From Gaiellaceae bacterium (GTDB lineage: Bacteria > Actinomycetota > Thermoleophilia > Gaiellales > Gaiellaceae), in the NCBI GenBank assembly GCA_036490825.1, contig DASXDE010000097.1:275-64274 (forward strand): 64,000 nucleotides of DNA, written 5' to 3'. Below the pieces are notes generated by a model, which made no database searches, was not told the DNA's origin, and saw only the letters and a list, made by a program, of their open reading frames with translations. The number at the start of each line of letters is the position of its first letter. Within the stretch, counting starts at the first letter, position 1. Positions 15,580 through 26,311 of the stretch are shown here, piece after piece. A program made the position numbers and the translations under genes.

Positions 15580-17862
15580 CGCGTCGGCTCGCTGGAGAAG
15601 GTCGCTCGCGAGGGCGAGACCCTCCTTCACCTCACCGAGCCTCAGCCCGCGGCTATGGGCGGCGACGCTGAGCTCGTGCTTGAGCTTGGCGACCACCTTG
15701 TCGCGGTCGTCGGCCAGTTCCCGGAGCGTCTGCTGCTCCGCCTGGTAGGCGCTGTCATCGGAGCTCGAGCCAGACGCGAGCGCCTTCGTGTCGGCGATGA
15801 GCGTGTCGGTCGCGAACTGCCCGACGCTCGACTCGATCTGGTCGTAGGCGGCGGCGAGCTCCTCCGTCGCGGCAAGCCCACGCGGCACGTCGGCCAGCGC
15901 CTGCGCGATCACGTGGCCGTCGGACTGGTAGTCGTCCTTCAGACCGAGCAGGTAGAGCATCGTCGGTCGGATGTCGGTCTCCTCGACCCACGTCCCGGCC
16001 TGGCTCGCCTGCGGGACCGTATGCGTCGACTCCGGGTCGCTCGGCTGGTTCCCATCTGCGGGATCCGGGCCGTCCACCCCCCTGACGGCCACGCCCTTGC
16101 CCGCCATCCCGACCCAGGTGACGTCGATGTTCGGGCTGTAGTAGCCGTGGTCGTAGGCGAAGCTGCTGTTGATGCTGACGTTCGGGCCCGAGGTCGAGAA
16201 GAAGTAGTCGGGCTTGGGGAAGAGCGTGTACGTCGGGAACCGCAGCGGGTCCGTGGTCTGCATGTGCAGCACCCGCTCTTCCAGCGCGCCCGCCTGGTAG
16301 TCGACGATCTTCTCGTTGTTCACGCCGGAGTACGGGTCGTGTGGGTTGGTCATGGCCGCCGTATCCCGCTCGAGCTGGCGGACGGTGGGATCGCTCGCCG
16401 CCGGATTTCCGTGCACGTAGATCGACGCGCCTTGCGGCTCGATGTCGAACGGCGTTCCGGCGCTCGGCGTGGTGGAGAGCAAGCCCTTGACGTTCGCCTG
16501 CAGCTCGCCGATCGTGCCCGACGGGTAGGTGCACGGCGTCGTGACGCCGTCACAGCCGGCCGGAGTCGGCTGGAGGCCCGCCCGGTTGGCGTTCGCGCCG
16601 GCGAACTGGTCGTTCTCCTCCGCGCTGATCACGAACAGCGTGTTCGCCGGCGTGATCCCGTCGGACTCGAGCCGCTGGAAGAACGTCTGGAACGCCTGAT
16701 CGTAGTGCTGGGCGTTCGTGACGTAGCACGAGTCGCCGGGGCCGACCGGCCTGCCGGCGGTCGCGGAGTTCGCGGTCGTGGTGCAGCCTACGCGCGTGTC
16801 CGACTTCTTCTCGTGCAGGTCGGAGATGTAGCCGTAGGTGACCGGGATGCCGGCCTCCTGCATGTCCGCGAGCACGGCGAGGCTCTGCGCCGCCACCGGA
16901 TTGAAGCCGGAGAAGCCCGGAGTGCCCGTGAACGGCTCTGCGATCGTGTTCCCGTTGAGGTCGACGAGGTTCCCGTTCGCGTCGGTGACGCGGTATCCGT
17001 TGTGGAAGACGTTCGGGCCGCCGCCGATGGCCGGAGCGATGTACTTCGCTCCGAACAACGCCTGGAACCCGTCGTAGCCCTTGGGCTCGGTCGGCAAGAG
17101 GTCGGGGACCGGACGTGAGGAGCTCGCGCAGATCGAGTCCCCCTGCGCGCAGTGGATCGCCTCGCCGACGTACTGCGCGACCTCGACATCCTTGAAGTTG
17201 TCGGGGTCGGTGGCGGTCTGCTGCGCCTCGGTCGAGTCCGCTCCGAACACGGTCGGGACGTCGACGGCCGGGTTCTCGAGCACCATGTTGGCGGTCGAGA
17301 AGTCGCCGACCGTGCAGCCCGCCCGCGTGAAGGGCACCCACGGCGCCGGCGTGACGCCGCCTCCGGCATACGCCATCGACGGCGTCGTGTCGACCGTGTT
17401 CGCTGTCGGTGGGCTGGTCTTGGTGTCGATGATCGGCGATGTCCAGTAGGTGAACGACGTCGCAGGATCGGTCGACCCATCCGGGTTGTACGTCTTGTAC
17501 GAGTTCGTGAGCGGCTGACCGTGCCGGTCGCCGTACAGGCCCGTGTAGATCGCGAGGCTGTCGTCGGCCGTGTGAGCGATCAGCGGGGTGTGCGAGTTCG
17601 AGAAGACCGTGCCGTACTGCTTCAGGAAGCTGAGTAGGTGCGGCATCTGCTCGAGATCCGACGGCACGTTCGGGTTGTCCCGAGAGAAGTGGACGTTGTC
17701 GAACACGATGTTGATCACGTGCTGGACGCCGTTCCCGAGCTGACACCCGGCCCGCGGGTCGGCCGCCTTCTTCGGCGAGCCGGTGGCGCCGGCGACCTGA
17801 ACAGCGACGAGCGCAGCCATTCCGACGGCTGCGAGCGCCGCCACGACCGTGAGCTTCTTCAT
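15565..17862 (-). CDS. secreted alkaline-phosphatase-superfamily (type I phosphodiesterase/NPP-like) protein with a helical C-terminal extension
   Basis: Sec signal peptide, then ..INIVFDNVHF..MPHLLSFL..IAHTADDSLAIYTGLYGDRHG.., which resembles the metal and nucleophile motifs of the superfamily. Total length is 765 aa. Confidence 0.65.
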   Translation of the reverse strand: MKKLTVVAALAAVGMAALVAVQVAGATGSPKKAADPRAGCQLGNGVQHVINIVFDNVHFSRDNPNVPSDLEQMPHLLSFLKQYGTVFSNSHTPLIAHTADDSLAIYTGLYGDRHGQPLTNSYKTYNPDGSTDPATSFTYWTSPIIDTKTSPPTANTVDTTPSMAYAGGGVTPAPWVPFTRAGCTVGDFSTANMVLENPAVDVPTVFGADSTEAQQTATDPDNFKDVEVAQYVGEAIHCAQGDSICASSSRPVPDLLPTEPKGYDGFQALFGAKYIAPAIGGGPNVFHNGYRVTDANGNLVDLNGNTIAEPFTGTPGFSGFNPVAAQSLAVLADMQEAGIPVTYGYISDLHEKKSDTRVGCTTTANSATAGRPVGPGDSCYVTNAQHYDQAFQTFFQRLESDGITPANTLFVISAEENDQFAGANANRAGLQPTPAGCDGVTTPCTYPSGTIGELQANVKGLLSTTPSAGTPFDIEPQGASIYVHGNPAASDPTVRQLERDTAAMTNPHDPYSGVNNEKIVDYQAGALEERVLHMQTTDPLRFPTYTLFPKPDYFFSTSGPNVSINSSFAYDHGYYSPNIDVTWVGMAGKGVAVRGVDGPDPADGNQPSDPESTHTVPQASQAGTWVEETDIRPTMLYLLGLKDDYQSDGHVIAQALADVPRGLAATEELAAAYDQIESSVGQFATDTLIADTKALASGSSSDDSAYQAEQQTLRELADDRDKVVAKLKHELSVAAHSRGLRLGEVKEGLALASDLLQRADALAGS

Positions 17863-17994
17863 CCGATTCCCCCTCCGTTTCGGTTTGACCTCGGGCCTCA
17901 GTCGGCGGGGCGAGCCTCGCCGCCGCGTGCCGGCGCATGGGCATCGCCGTGGTGACGCGGTCGAAACGAAGCTGTGAACCCGCTCGCCGGAGAC

Positions 17995-19056
17995 TTACAA
18001 ACCGCGCGGTCGCGCTGCGCCGAACAGCCGCCCGGCCTCGGCCTTGACGAACCCCATCCGCTCGTACATCGCCTCGAGCGTCGGCTCGCTCGCCCGTCGC
18101 GCCTTCTCCGCCCCGACCGCGAGCAGGCGCTGCAGCTCCCGCTCGTCGGCCCGTAGGTCGCGATAGCGCTCCTGGATCGGGGCCAGGAGCGCGACGACCG
18201 CCTCGCCGACCGCCTCCTTGAACTCGCCGTAGCCGCTGCCGTCGAAGCGGCGTTCGAGCTCCGCGACGGGCTCGCCCGTTGCGACGGACATGATCTCGAG
18301 CAGGTTCGAGATCCCCGGCTTCGCATCGGGCAGGCGCCGGATCTCCTTCTCGGAGTCCGTGACCGCCGTCTTGAACTTCTTCCGGATCACGTCCGGCTCG
18401 TCGACCATCCGGACGACGCCCTGCGGGGCGCCCCGCGTCGTCGACATGAGGCGCTCGGGCTCCTGGAGGTTCTTGATCCGGGCGCCCTCCTCGGGATAGA
18501 CGCCGCGCGGGATCGTGAACGTCTCGCCGTAGCGCTGGTTGAAGCGCTCCGCGACGTCCCGGGTCAGCTCGAGGTGCTGACGCTGGTCGTCGCCGATCGG
18601 GACGATCTCGGTCTGGTAGAGCAGGATGTCGCCGGCCATCAGCACCGGATACGTGAAGAGCCCGGCTGAGACGAAGTCCTGGCCCTCGGATTTCTCCTTG
18701 AACTGCGTCATCCGACGTAGCTCACCGAAGCTCGTGGCCGCGCTCAGCAGCCAGGCTGCCTCGGCGTGGGCGACGACGTGGCTCTGCGCGAAGACGGTCG
18801 AGCGATCCGGGTCGAGGCCGGTCGCGAAGAGCATCGCCGCACCTGCGAGCGTGTACTCGCGCAGCTCCCCGGGCTCGATCGGAGTCGTGATCGAGTGCAG
18901 GTCGACGATGCAGAAGAACGCTTCGCCTTCCTCCTGCGTCGCCGCGTACTGCCGGTAGCCGCCGGAGTAGTTGCCGAGCGTCTTGTCGCCCGTCGCGCGG
19001 ATGCCGGAGAAGACGCGCGGCTTGGCGGGCTCGGTTGCTGGCTGGGCATCGGCCAT
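17995..19056 (-). CDS. trpS: tryptophan--tRNA ligase
   Basis: A class I aaRS with ..GNYSGGYRQY.., the HIGH-like region, the KMSTT-like ..RLMSTTRG.. and ..TYPVLMAGDILLY... Confidence 0.95.
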   Translation of the reverse strand: MADAQPATEPAKPRVFSGIRATGDKTLGNYSGGYRQYAATQEEGEAFFCIVDLHSITTPIEPGELREYTLAGAAMLFATGLDPDRSTVFAQSHVVAHAEAAWLLSAATSFGELRRMTQFKEKSEGQDFVSAGLFTYPVLMAGDILLYQTEIVPIGDDQRQHLELTRDVAERFNQRYGETFTIPRGVYPEEGARIKNLQEPERLMSTTRGAPQGVVRMVDEPDVIRKKFKTAVTDSEKEIRRLPDAKPGISNLLEIMSVATGEPVAELERRFDGSGYGEFKEAVGEAVVALLAPIQERYRDLRADERELQRLLAVGAEKARRASEPTLEAMYERMGFVKAEAGRLFGAARPRGL

Positions 19057-19084
19057 GGAGGGTGATTCTGCCTAAGCTGTTCCG

Positions 19085-20125
19085 ATGGCGATCACCGGAG
19101 CCCCCGAGCTGCTGATCGTGATGGGCGCGAGCGCCACCCAGGAGCAGGTGGACGAGGTCGTCGCGCGGCTCGACGAGGCCGGCTGCTCCGCGCTCGTCAC
19201 GCCCGGCCGCGAGGCGACGGTGATCGGCGCCATCGGCGAGCGCGAGCTGCTCGCGACGCTGCCGCTCGAGGGCTTCGCCGGGGTCGAGCAGGTGCTGCCG
19301 ATCCTGAAGCCGTACAAGCTCGTCTCGCGCGAGCTGTCGCCCGATCCGACGGTGATCGAGGCGCGCGGACGCCGCATCGGGGACGGGTACTTCGGCTTCA
19401 TCGCCGGCCCCTGCACGGTCGAGACGCGCGAGCAGACGCTCGAGACCGCGCACGCCGTCAACGCCGAGGGCGTGACCATGCTCCGCGGCGGCGCCTTCAA
19501 GCCCCGCACGTCGCCGTACGCCTTCCAGGGGCTCGGCGACGAGGCGCTCGAGATCCTCAAGGAGGCACGCGAGGAGACCGGGCTGCCGCTCGTGACGGAG
19601 CTGATGGACCCGCGCCACGTCGAGGCGGTCGTCGAGGCGGCGGACGTGATCCAGATCGGCGCTCGCAACATGTCGAACTTCTCGCTCCTCTCGGAGGTCG
19701 GCCGGGCCCCGAAGCCCGTGCTGCTCAAGCGCGGGCTCTCCTCGACGGTCGAGGACCTGCTGATGGCCGCGGAGTACATCGTCAAGGAGGGCAACTCCGA
19801 GGTGATCCTCTGCGAGCGCGGGATCAAGACCTTCGAGACGGCGACGCGCTTCACGCTCGACATCGGCGCGATCCCGGTGCTCAAGCAGGAGACGCACCTG
19901 CCCGTGATCGTCGACCCCTCGCATCCGGCGGGGCGGCGCGATCTCGTCCTGCCGCTCGCGCGGGCGGCCGTCGCGGCCGGCGCCGACGGGATCATCGTCG
20001 AGGTGCACCCGCGGCCGGAGGAGGCGCTGTGCGACGCCGCCCAGCAGATCCCGACCTCCGAGTTCCACGATTTCGCAGACGAGATCCGCGCGCTCGCGTC
20101 CCTCATGGGACGCACGATCGGCTGA
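19085..20125 (+). CDS. 3-deoxy-7-phosphoheptulonate (DAHP) synthase, type I-beta with an N-terminal regulatory domain
   Basis: ..GPCTVETREQ..MLRGGAFKPRTSPYAFQGLG..IQIGARNMSNF..VILCERGI.. motifs. The N-terminal ~80 aa form an extra domain. Confidence 0.9.
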   Translation: MAITGAPELLIVMGASATQEQVDEVVARLDEAGCSALVTPGREATVIGAIGERELLATLPLEGFAGVEQVLPILKPYKLVSRELSPDPTVIEARGRRIGDGYFGFIAGPCTVETREQTLETAHAVNAEGVTMLRGGAFKPRTSPYAFQGLGDEALEILKEAREETGLPLVTELMDPRHVEAVVEAADVIQIGARNMSNFSLLSEVGRAPKPVLLKRGLSSTVEDLLMAAEYIVKEGNSEVILCERGIKTFETATRFTLDIGAIPVLKQETHLPVIVDPSHPAGRRDLVLPLARAAVAAGADGIIVEVHPRPEEALCDAAQQIPTSEFHDFADEIRALASLMGRTIG

Positions 20126-20127
20126 GC

Positions 20128-21405
20128 GTGCGGGTCGAGCCCGCTGCCTCGATCGTGGGCCACGTCGTCGTGCCCGGCGACAAGTCCATCTCACACCGCG
20201 CCGTCCTGATCGGCGCGCTCGGGGAGGGGGAGACGCGTGTGCACGGCTTCGGGCGCTCCGGGGACACGCAGGCGACGGTGGACGCGGTGCGCGCGCTCGG
20301 CGTCGAGGTCGAGAACGTCGCCGACGACGAGCTCGTCGTGCACGGCGCCGGGCTGCGCGGGCTCCGCGCGGGCAGCGTCGACTGCCGCAACGCGGGGACG
20401 CTCATGCGCCTCCTCGCCGGCGTCGTGGCCGGGCAGGACGGCGATTTCACGCTCACCGGCGACGAGTCGCTGACGCCCCGGCCGATGGAGCGGATCGCCG
20501 CGCCGCTGCGGCGGATGGGGGCGACCGTCGAGACGACCGACGGCCATGCCCCGCTCGTGGTGCGCGGCTCGGATGCGCTTCGCGGCGTCGAGATCGAGCC
20601 GGAGGTGGCGAGCGCGCAGGTGAAGTCCGCGATCCTCCTGGCGGGCCTCAACGCCGACGGGCCGACGACGGTTCTCGAGCGGATCCCGACCCGCGACCAC
20701 ACCGAGCTCATGCTCGAAGCTGCGGGCGCGCGCCTGCGCCGCAACGCGACGAGCGTGACCGTCGAGCCGGCCGGCGCACTGCGGCTCGAGGACGTCGTCG
20801 TCCCAGGCGACTTCTCCTCTGCGGCGCCTCTGCTCGTCGCCGCAGCGCTCGTCCCCGGGAGCGACCTGACGATCCACGACCTCGGCGTCAACGCGCGCCG
20901 TACCGGCCTGCTCGCCGTGCTCGAGCGGATGGGCGCCCGCATCTCCGTCTTCGAACGCCGCCGGGCCGGCGGCGAGCCCGTCGCCTCCGTGCAGGTGCAG
21001 CCCGGCGAGCTCATCGCGACGGAGATCGGAGCCGACGAGGTACCGAGCCTCGTCGACGAGCTCCCGCTCGTCGCGCTCCTCGCCTCGCACGCGCGCGGCG
21101 AGACGCGGGTCTCCGGCGCCGGCGAGCTGCGCGTGAAGGAAACGGACCGCATCGAGGCGGTCACCGATGGCCTGCGGCCGCTCGGGGCGCGGATCCACTC
21201 GCGGGCGGACGGCTGGACGGTCACCGGCGTCCCGGCCCGGCTGCGCGGCGGTCGCGTCGACGCGCGCGGCGACCACCGGATCGCCATGCTCGGCGCCGTC
21301 GCGGGCCTTGCCTCCCGCGAGGGAGTGGCGATCGAGGGCGCCGACACCGCCGCTATAAGCTTCCCCGGCTTTTACGAGCTCCTGGACTCTGTGACGAGGC
21401 GATAA
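20128..21405 (+). CDS. aroA: 3-phosphoshikimate 1-carboxyvinyltransferase (EPSP synthase)
   Basis: PGDKSISHRAVLIGAL.., ..NAGTLMRLLAGV.. and ..RVKETDRI... The start was trimmed to the GTG at 20128, 2 nt after the DAHP synthase stop. Confidence 0.9.
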   Translation: MRVEPAASIVGHVVVPGDKSISHRAVLIGALGEGETRVHGFGRSGDTQATVDAVRALGVEVENVADDELVVHGAGLRGLRAGSVDCRNAGTLMRLLAGVVAGQDGDFTLTGDESLTPRPMERIAAPLRRMGATVETTDGHAPLVVRGSDALRGVEIEPEVASAQVKSAILLAGLNADGPTTVLERIPTRDHTELMLEAAGARLRRNATSVTVEPAGALRLEDVVVPGDFSSAAPLLVAAALVPGSDLTIHDLGVNARRTGLLAVLERMGARISVFERRRAGGEPVASVQVQPGELIATEIGADEVPSLVDELPLVALLASHARGETRVSGAGELRVKETDRIEAVTDGLRPLGARIHSRADGWTVTGVPARLRGGRVDARGDHRIAMLGAVAGLASREGVAIEGADTAAISFPGFYELLDSVTRR

Positions 21406-21409
21406 CGCG

Positions 21410-22045
21410 ATGGTGGTGGCGATCGACGGGCCCGCAGGCGCGGGGAAGAGCACGGTGGCGCGCGCGCTCGCGGAGCGGCTCGGCTTTCGCTATCTCGACA
21501 CCGGCGCCATGTACCGCGCGCTGACGTGGCTCGCGATGCAGCGCGGGCTCGACCTCGGCGACGCGGAGGGACTGGCGCAGCTCGCGCGCGAGCATCCCGT
21601 GCTCTTCTCCGACGACGACCGCGTCTGGATCGCGGGCACCGACGTCACCTCCTCGATTCGCGGGACGCGCGTCGACCGGATGGTGCCGGTCGTGGCCCGC
21701 CACCACGCCGTGCGCGAGGTGATGCGCGACCGGCAGCGGCAACTCGGGCACGACGGCGACGTCGTGATCGAGGGGCGCGACATCGGCACCGTCGTGGCGC
21801 CGGACGCCGAGGTGAAGGTCTACCTCGTCGCCGACCGTGAGGAGCGCGCGAAGCGCCGCAGCGCCGAGCGGCCCGGGATCGGCGCCGACGCCTTGGCGAC
21901 CGACCTCCGGCTCCGCGACGAGAGCGACGCCGCGCGGATGCAGCCGGCGCCGGACGCGACCGAGATCGACACCACGAGGCTCGAGGTCGAGGACGTCGTC
22001 GACCGGATCGAGGCGCTCGTACGCGAGCGGTCTCCCGCCGCATGA
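21410..22045 (+). CDS. cmk: cytidylate kinase
   Basis: [17 protein letters not shown].. P-loop and ..[10 protein letters not shown]... Confidence 0.9.
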   Translation: MVVAIDGPAGAGKSTVARALAERLGFRYLDTGAMYRALTWLAMQRGLDLGDAEGLAQLAREHPVLFSDDDRVWIAGTDVTSSIRGTRVDRMVPVVARHHAVREVMRDRQRQLGHDGDVVIEGRDIGTVVAPDAEVKVYLVADREERAKRRSAERPGIGADALATDLRLRDESDAARMQPAPDATEIDTTRLEVEDVVDRIEALVRERSPAA

Positions 22046-22725
22046 AGTCCGAGGACGTGGTGTGGAAGTTCGGCAAGCCGCTGCTGGGGTTCCCGGCGGC
22101 GGCCGCCACGCGGCTTCACTCGTACGGCGCGGAGCGGATGCCGAGGAGCGGCGGCGTCGTGCTGGCGATCAACCACTTCTCGTGGATCGACATCCCCTGC
22201 ATCGGCTACGTCACTCCGCGCAACCTCTACTTCGTCGCCAAGGTCGAGGCGCATCGGGTCCCCGGGCTCGGACAGGTGATCCGCGGCTTCGGCACGCTGG
22301 CGGTGCGCCGGGGGGAGTCCGACCGCGAAGCGGTGCGCAGGATGCGGGAGGTCGTGCGCGACGGCAACGTCCTGGGCGTGTTCGTCGAGGGGACGCGGCA
22401 GCGCAGCGGCGTTCCCGGCCACGTGCAGCCGGGCGCCGCGATGGTCGCGATCCAGGAGGACGTCCCGGTGATCTGCGCCGCGATCCACGGCTCGCAGCGC
22501 TGGCGACTGGGCAACTTCGCGCCGGTCTCGATCGCCTGGGGAGAGCCGATGCGCCTGGAGGGCATGCCCCGTGGCGGCAAGGGCTACCGCGAGGGCTCGC
22601 AGCTGATCGAGGACGAGCTGAACCGGCTCTGGCGCTGGCTGTGCGACCTGCACGAGGCGGGGAGGCCGCGCGTCGCGGTCCCGCCGACGCGGGGGGATTC
22701 CGCACCCGTCACGCTCCCGAGTTAG
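22042..22725 (+). CDS. plsC: 1-acyl-sn-glycerol-3-phosphate acyltransferase
   Basis: NHFSWIDI (the HX4D motif) and ..[11 protein letters not shown]... Confidence 0.8.
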   Translation: MKSEDVVWKFGKPLLGFPAAAATRLHSYGAERMPRSGGVVLAINHFSWIDIPCIGYVTPRNLYFVAKVEAHRVPGLGQVIRGFGTLAVRRGESDREAVRRMREVVRDGNVLGVFVEGTRQRSGVPGHVQPGAAMVAIQEDVPVICAAIHGSQRWRLGNFAPVSIAWGEPMRLEGMPRGGKGYREGSQLIEDELNRLWRWLCDLHEAGRPRVAVPPTRGDSAPVTLPS

Positions 22726-24089
22726 TGAGCGACGTCGAGGACATCGATTCCGGCGAGCTTCCCGCTCCGCCGCCTCCGCCGCTGCTGGGCGCGGTTGCGA
22801 TCGTCGGCTTCCCGAACGTCGGCAAGTCGACCCTCGTCAACCGGCTGACCGAGACCCGCGCGGCCGTCGTCCACGAGATGCGGGGCGTGACGCGCGACCG
22901 GAAGGAGCTGGTGTGCGAGTGGACGGGGAAGCGCTTCGTGCTCGTCGACACCGGCGGGGTCGACATCGGCGATCCTGCGCCACTGACGCGCGCGATCGCG
23001 CAGCAGGCGCGCGAGGCGGTCGACGAGGCGGATCTCGTGCTCTTCGTCGTGGACGCGCGCGCCGGCGTCACGCCCGGCGACGAGGAGGTGGCCCAGATCC
23101 TGCGTGAGTCGCACAAGCCGGTCCTCGTGCTCGCGAACAAGATCGACGATCCGGCCCAGGAGCCGCTCGCGCTGGAGCTGCACAGGCTGGGGCTCGGCGA
23201 CCCGATCCCGATCTCCGGCCTGCACGGCACCGGCAGCGGCGACCTGCTCGATCGCGTGATCGCCGAGCTCGAGCGACTGGCGCCGGCCGGACGGCCTCCG
23301 CTGTCCGACGACGCGATCCGCGTCGCGATCCTCGGCCGCCCGAACGTCGGCAAGTCCAGCCTCGTCAACGCGCTCCTCGGCCGGGAGCGGTTGATCGTGA
23401 GCGAGATCCCGGGCACTACGCGCGATGCGGTCGACACCGTGCTCGAGCGCGGAGAGCGCACCTTCGTGCTGATCGACACCGCGGGTCTTCGGCGCAAGAG
23501 GAGGCACCGTCGGGGGGTCGAGTACTACTCGGAGCTACGCGCGCTCGAGGCGGCGGAGCGCGCCGACGTCGCGCTCGTCCTGGTCGACTCGGCGGAGGGG
23601 ATCGTGGAGCAGGACATCGCGGTCGCCGACGTCGCCCGCCACGCGGACTGCTCGACGCTCGTAGTCCTCTCGAAGTGGGACGCGACGACGATCAACGTCG
23701 AGGACGCCCGCGGCGAGCTGCGCCGCCGCCTGCGCCAGCGGCCGCCGTTCGTCGCCGTCTCGGCGCAGACCGGGCGCGGCCTCGAGCGGCTGCTCGACGG
23801 GATCGCCGAGCTCTTCGACCGGCACGTGGCGCGGATCCCGACCCCCGAGCTGAACCGCGCGCTCGCCGAGCTGCGCGCGGCACGCCAGCCGCCGAGCGGC
23901 CCGCGCGGCCGCAGGCTCAACCTCCTCTACGGCACACAGATCCGCGTGCGGCCCCCGCGGTTCCGTTTCTTCGTCAGCGATCCCGGCCTCGTCACGCGGG
24001 ACTACGGCTACTGGGTCGAGAACCGGCTGCGCGAGCGCTTCGGCCTGGACGGCGTGCCCGTCTCGATCGACTTCGTGAAACGATCCTGA
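22725..24089 (+). CDS. der: ribosome-associated GTPase Der/EngA
   Basis: Two G domains ([14 protein letters not shown] and [14 protein letters not shown]) plus a KH-like C-terminus. The start was trimmed to the GTG that overlaps the plsC stop. Confidence 0.9.
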   Translation: MSDVEDIDSGELPAPPPPPLLGAVAIVGFPNVGKSTLVNRLTETRAAVVHEMRGVTRDRKELVCEWTGKRFVLVDTGGVDIGDPAPLTRAIAQQAREAVDEADLVLFVVDARAGVTPGDEEVAQILRESHKPVLVLANKIDDPAQEPLALELHRLGLGDPIPISGLHGTGSGDLLDRVIAELERLAPAGRPPLSDDAIRVAILGRPNVGKSSLVNALLGRERLIVSEIPGTTRDAVDTVLERGERTFVLIDTAGLRRKRRHRRGVEYYSELRALEAAERADVALVLVDSAEGIVEQDIAVADVARHADCSTLVVLSKWDATTINVEDARGELRRRLRQRPPFVAVSAQTGRGLERLLDGIAELFDRHVARIPTPELNRALAELRAARQPPSGPRGRRLNLLYGTQIRVRPPRFRFFVSDPGLVTRDYGYWVENRLRERFGLDGVPVSIDFVKRS

Positions 24090-24091
24090 CG

Positions 24092-25045
24092 ATGCGGTTC
24101 CTCGTCGCCGGAGCCGGCTCCTGGGGGACGGCGTTCACGCGCGTGCTCCTCGACCGCGGCCACGACGTGGTCCTCGCGTGCCACTCCCGCGAGCAGGCCG
24201 AGGCGATAGCCGGGACGGGCCGGAACCCGCGCTACCTGCAGGGCGTCGATCTCAGCGCCGCCGAGCCGGTTGCTCTCGCCGACGCTCCCGGTGACGCCGA
24301 CGTCGTCGTGGCGGCCGTGCCGAGCAGCGTCTTCGCCGGGGTGGTGGAGGCGCTGCCCGGGGGCGCGCCGGTGCTGAGCCTCGCCAAGGGGCTCGATCCG
24401 GAGACCGGCGAGCGGCTGTCGAGGCGGGTCGGCGGCCGCGCGGTCGCCGTCCTCTCGGGCCCGAACATGGCGGAGGAGGTCGCGGAGGGGCTGCCGACCG
24501 CGGCGGTGATCGCGAGCGAGGACGGCGTCCTCGCCGGGCAGCTCCAGCACGCGCTCAACTCGAGCCTCTTCCGCATCTACGTCAATCCGGACCTGGTCGG
24601 CGTCGAGCTGTGTGCGGCGGCGAAGAACGTGATCGCGCTCGCCGCCGGTGGCGTCGACGGGCTCGGCCTCGGCGACAACGCGAAGGCGTCCCTCATCGCA
24701 CGGGGCCTCGCGGAGATGGCGCGGCTGGGGGAAGCGGCGGGCGCGCGGGCGGAGACCTTCGCCGGCCTCGCCGGAATCGGCGACCTCGTCGTCACGTGTT
24801 GGAGCCGCCACGGCCGCAACCGGCACGCCGGCGAGCTGATCGCGCAAGGGCTGACGCCGGAGCGGGCGATGGCCGAGATCGGCCAGACGGTCGAGGGCCT
24901 GACGACGGCGCCGATCCTCCGCGACCTCTCTCACCGGCTCGGCGTCGAGCTCCCGATCACCGAAGGTGTCTGCGCGGTGCTCGGCGGCCAGAGCATCACC
25001 GACCTCGCGGCCGGCCTCATGGGCAGGGAACCCACCGAGGAATGA
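24092..25045 (+). CDS. gpsA: NAD(P)H-dependent glycerol-3-phosphate dehydrogenase
   Basis: MRFLVAGAGSWGTAF.. Rossmann motif and ..GLGDNAKASLIARGLAEM... Confidence 0.9.
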   Translation: MRFLVAGAGSWGTAFTRVLLDRGHDVVLACHSREQAEAIAGTGRNPRYLQGVDLSAAEPVALADAPGDADVVVAAVPSSVFAGVVEALPGGAPVLSLAKGLDPETGERLSRRVGGRAVAVLSGPNMAEEVAEGLPTAAVIASEDGVLAGQLQHALNSSLFRIYVNPDLVGVELCAAAKNVIALAAGGVDGLGLGDNAKASLIARGLAEMARLGEAAGARAETFAGLAGIGDLVVTCWSRHGRNRHAGELIAQGLTPERAMAEIGQTVEGLTTAPILRDLSHRLGVELPITEGVCAVLGGQSITDLAAGLMGREPTEE

Positions 25046-25069
25046 AGGGGCGTCGGCTAGCCTGCCGCC

Positions 25070-26311
25070 ATGACAAGCCGCAGCTTCTCTTTCACCTCCG
25101 AGTCGGTCACAGAAGGTCATCCCGACAAGATGGCCGACCAGATCTCCGACTCCGTGCTCGACGCCGTCCTCACGGACGACCCCGAAGGCCGCGTCGCCTG
25201 CGAGACCTTCCTCACGACTGGCCTCGTCGTCGTCGGCGGCGAGATCACGACCTCGACCTACGTCGACATCCCAGGCCTCGTCCGCGAACAGATCCGCCAG
25301 ATCGGCTACACGCGCGGCAAGTACGGGTTCGACGCCGACACGTGCGGCGTCACCGTCGCGATCGACAACCAGTCGCCCGACATCGCACAGGGAGTGGACA
25401 GCTCCTACGAGCAGCAGCACGGCGACGACGACCCGCTCGACCGCGTCGGCGCCGGCGACCAGGGGATGATGTTCGGCTACGCGACGAACGAGACCGAGGA
25501 GCTGATGCCGCTGCCGATCATGCTCGCGCACCGGCTCGCCAAGCGGCTCGCAGCCGTCCGCAAGTCGGATGTCCTTCCGTACCTGCGGCCGGACGGAAAG
25601 ACGCAGGTGACGATCCGCTACGAGGAGACCGACGGCCGGCGGCGGCCCGTCGAGATCGAGCGCGTCGTCGTCTCGACCCAGCATCGCGAAGGCATCGACA
25701 TCGAGTCCCTGATGAAGCCGGACATCGCGGAGGCCGTTCTCGAGCCGATCCTCCCGAAGGATCTCTACGACCCGAAGCGGCTCGAGGAGAAGGGGTTCTT
25801 CTACTGCAACCCGACGGGCAAGTTCGTCGTCGGCGGGCCGATGGGCGACGCCGGCCTGACCGGTCGCAAGATCATCGTCGACACGTATGGCGGCGCTGCC
25901 CCGCACGGCGGCGGCGCCTTCTCGGGCAAGGACCCGACGAAGGTCGACCGCTCGGCCGCCTATGCGGCGCGCTACGTGGCGAAGAACGTCGTCGCCGCCG
26001 GTCTTGCCGATCGCTGCCAGATCCAGGTCGCGTACGCGATCGGGGTCGCGCACCCGATGTCGGTCCTCGTCGACACGTTCGGGACCGAGAACGTAGCGGT
26101 CGCGACGATCGAGGAGCTCGTCCGCGAGCAATTCGACCTGCGCCCGGCCGCCATCCTCCGGGACCTCGACCTGCGTAGGCCCATCTATGCGAAGACCGCG
26201 GCGTACGGCCATTTCGGCCGTGACGACGGCGACTTCACGTGGGAGCGTACGGACAAGGCGGCGGCGCTGCGGGCCGCAGCGGGGTTCCAGGCTGCAAGCG
26301 TCGCCGGCTGA
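25070..26311 (+). CDS. metK: S-adenosylmethionine synthetase
   Basis: [20 protein letters not shown].., ..[12 protein letters not shown].. and ..[16 protein letters not shown]... Confidence 0.95.
   Translation: MTSRSFSFTSESVTEGHPDKMADQISDSVLDAVLTDDPEGRVACETFLTTGLVVVGGEITTSTYVDIPGLVREQIRQIGYTRGKYGFDADTCGVTVAIDNQSPDIAQGVDSSYEQQHGDDDPLDRVGAGDQGMMFGYATNETEELMPLPIMLAHRLAKRLAAVRKSDVLPYLRPDGKTQVTIRYEETDGRRRPVEIERVVVSTQHREGIDIESLMKPDIAEAVLEPILPKDLYDPKRLEEKGFFYCNPTGKFVVGGPMGDAGLTGRKIIVDTYGGAAPHGGGAFSGKDPTKVDRSAAYAARYVAKNVVAAGLADRCQIQVAYAIGVAHPMSVLVDTFGTENVAVATIEELVREQFDLRPAAILRDLDLRRPIYAKTAAYGHFGRDDGDFTWERTDKAAALRAAAGFQAASVAG

Noticed and set aside
19057-19084. T-box leader upstream of trpS
   Set aside because: The gap between trpS and the divergent DAHP synthase gene is only 28 nt, which is too short for a T-box leader.
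20029-24091. Track start sites that give long N-terminal extensions for aroA (20029), der (21837) and gpsA (23675). The same applies to MoxR (7494), rpe (35061), ribBA (36785), smc (53167), def (30645) and yceD (49091).
   Set aside because: The extensions are Arg/Pro/Ala-rich, overlap the preceding gene and precede canonical family N-termini. Each of those N-termini begins at an ATG/GTG next to or overlapping the upstream stop.
25046-25069. SAM riboswitch upstream of metK
   Set aside because: The gpsA-metK gap is only 24 nt, which is too short for a riboswitch.
24008-26212. 734-aa antisense ORF opposite gpsA/metK, and similar ORFs (28365..30038, 33836..35062, 35618..37138, 37169..38578, 40851..42347, 43486..45468, 60405..61877)
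   Set aside because: Same reasoning as above. These are shadow ORFs of a >70% GC genome, and each overlaps a sense-strand gene with clear catalytic motifs.
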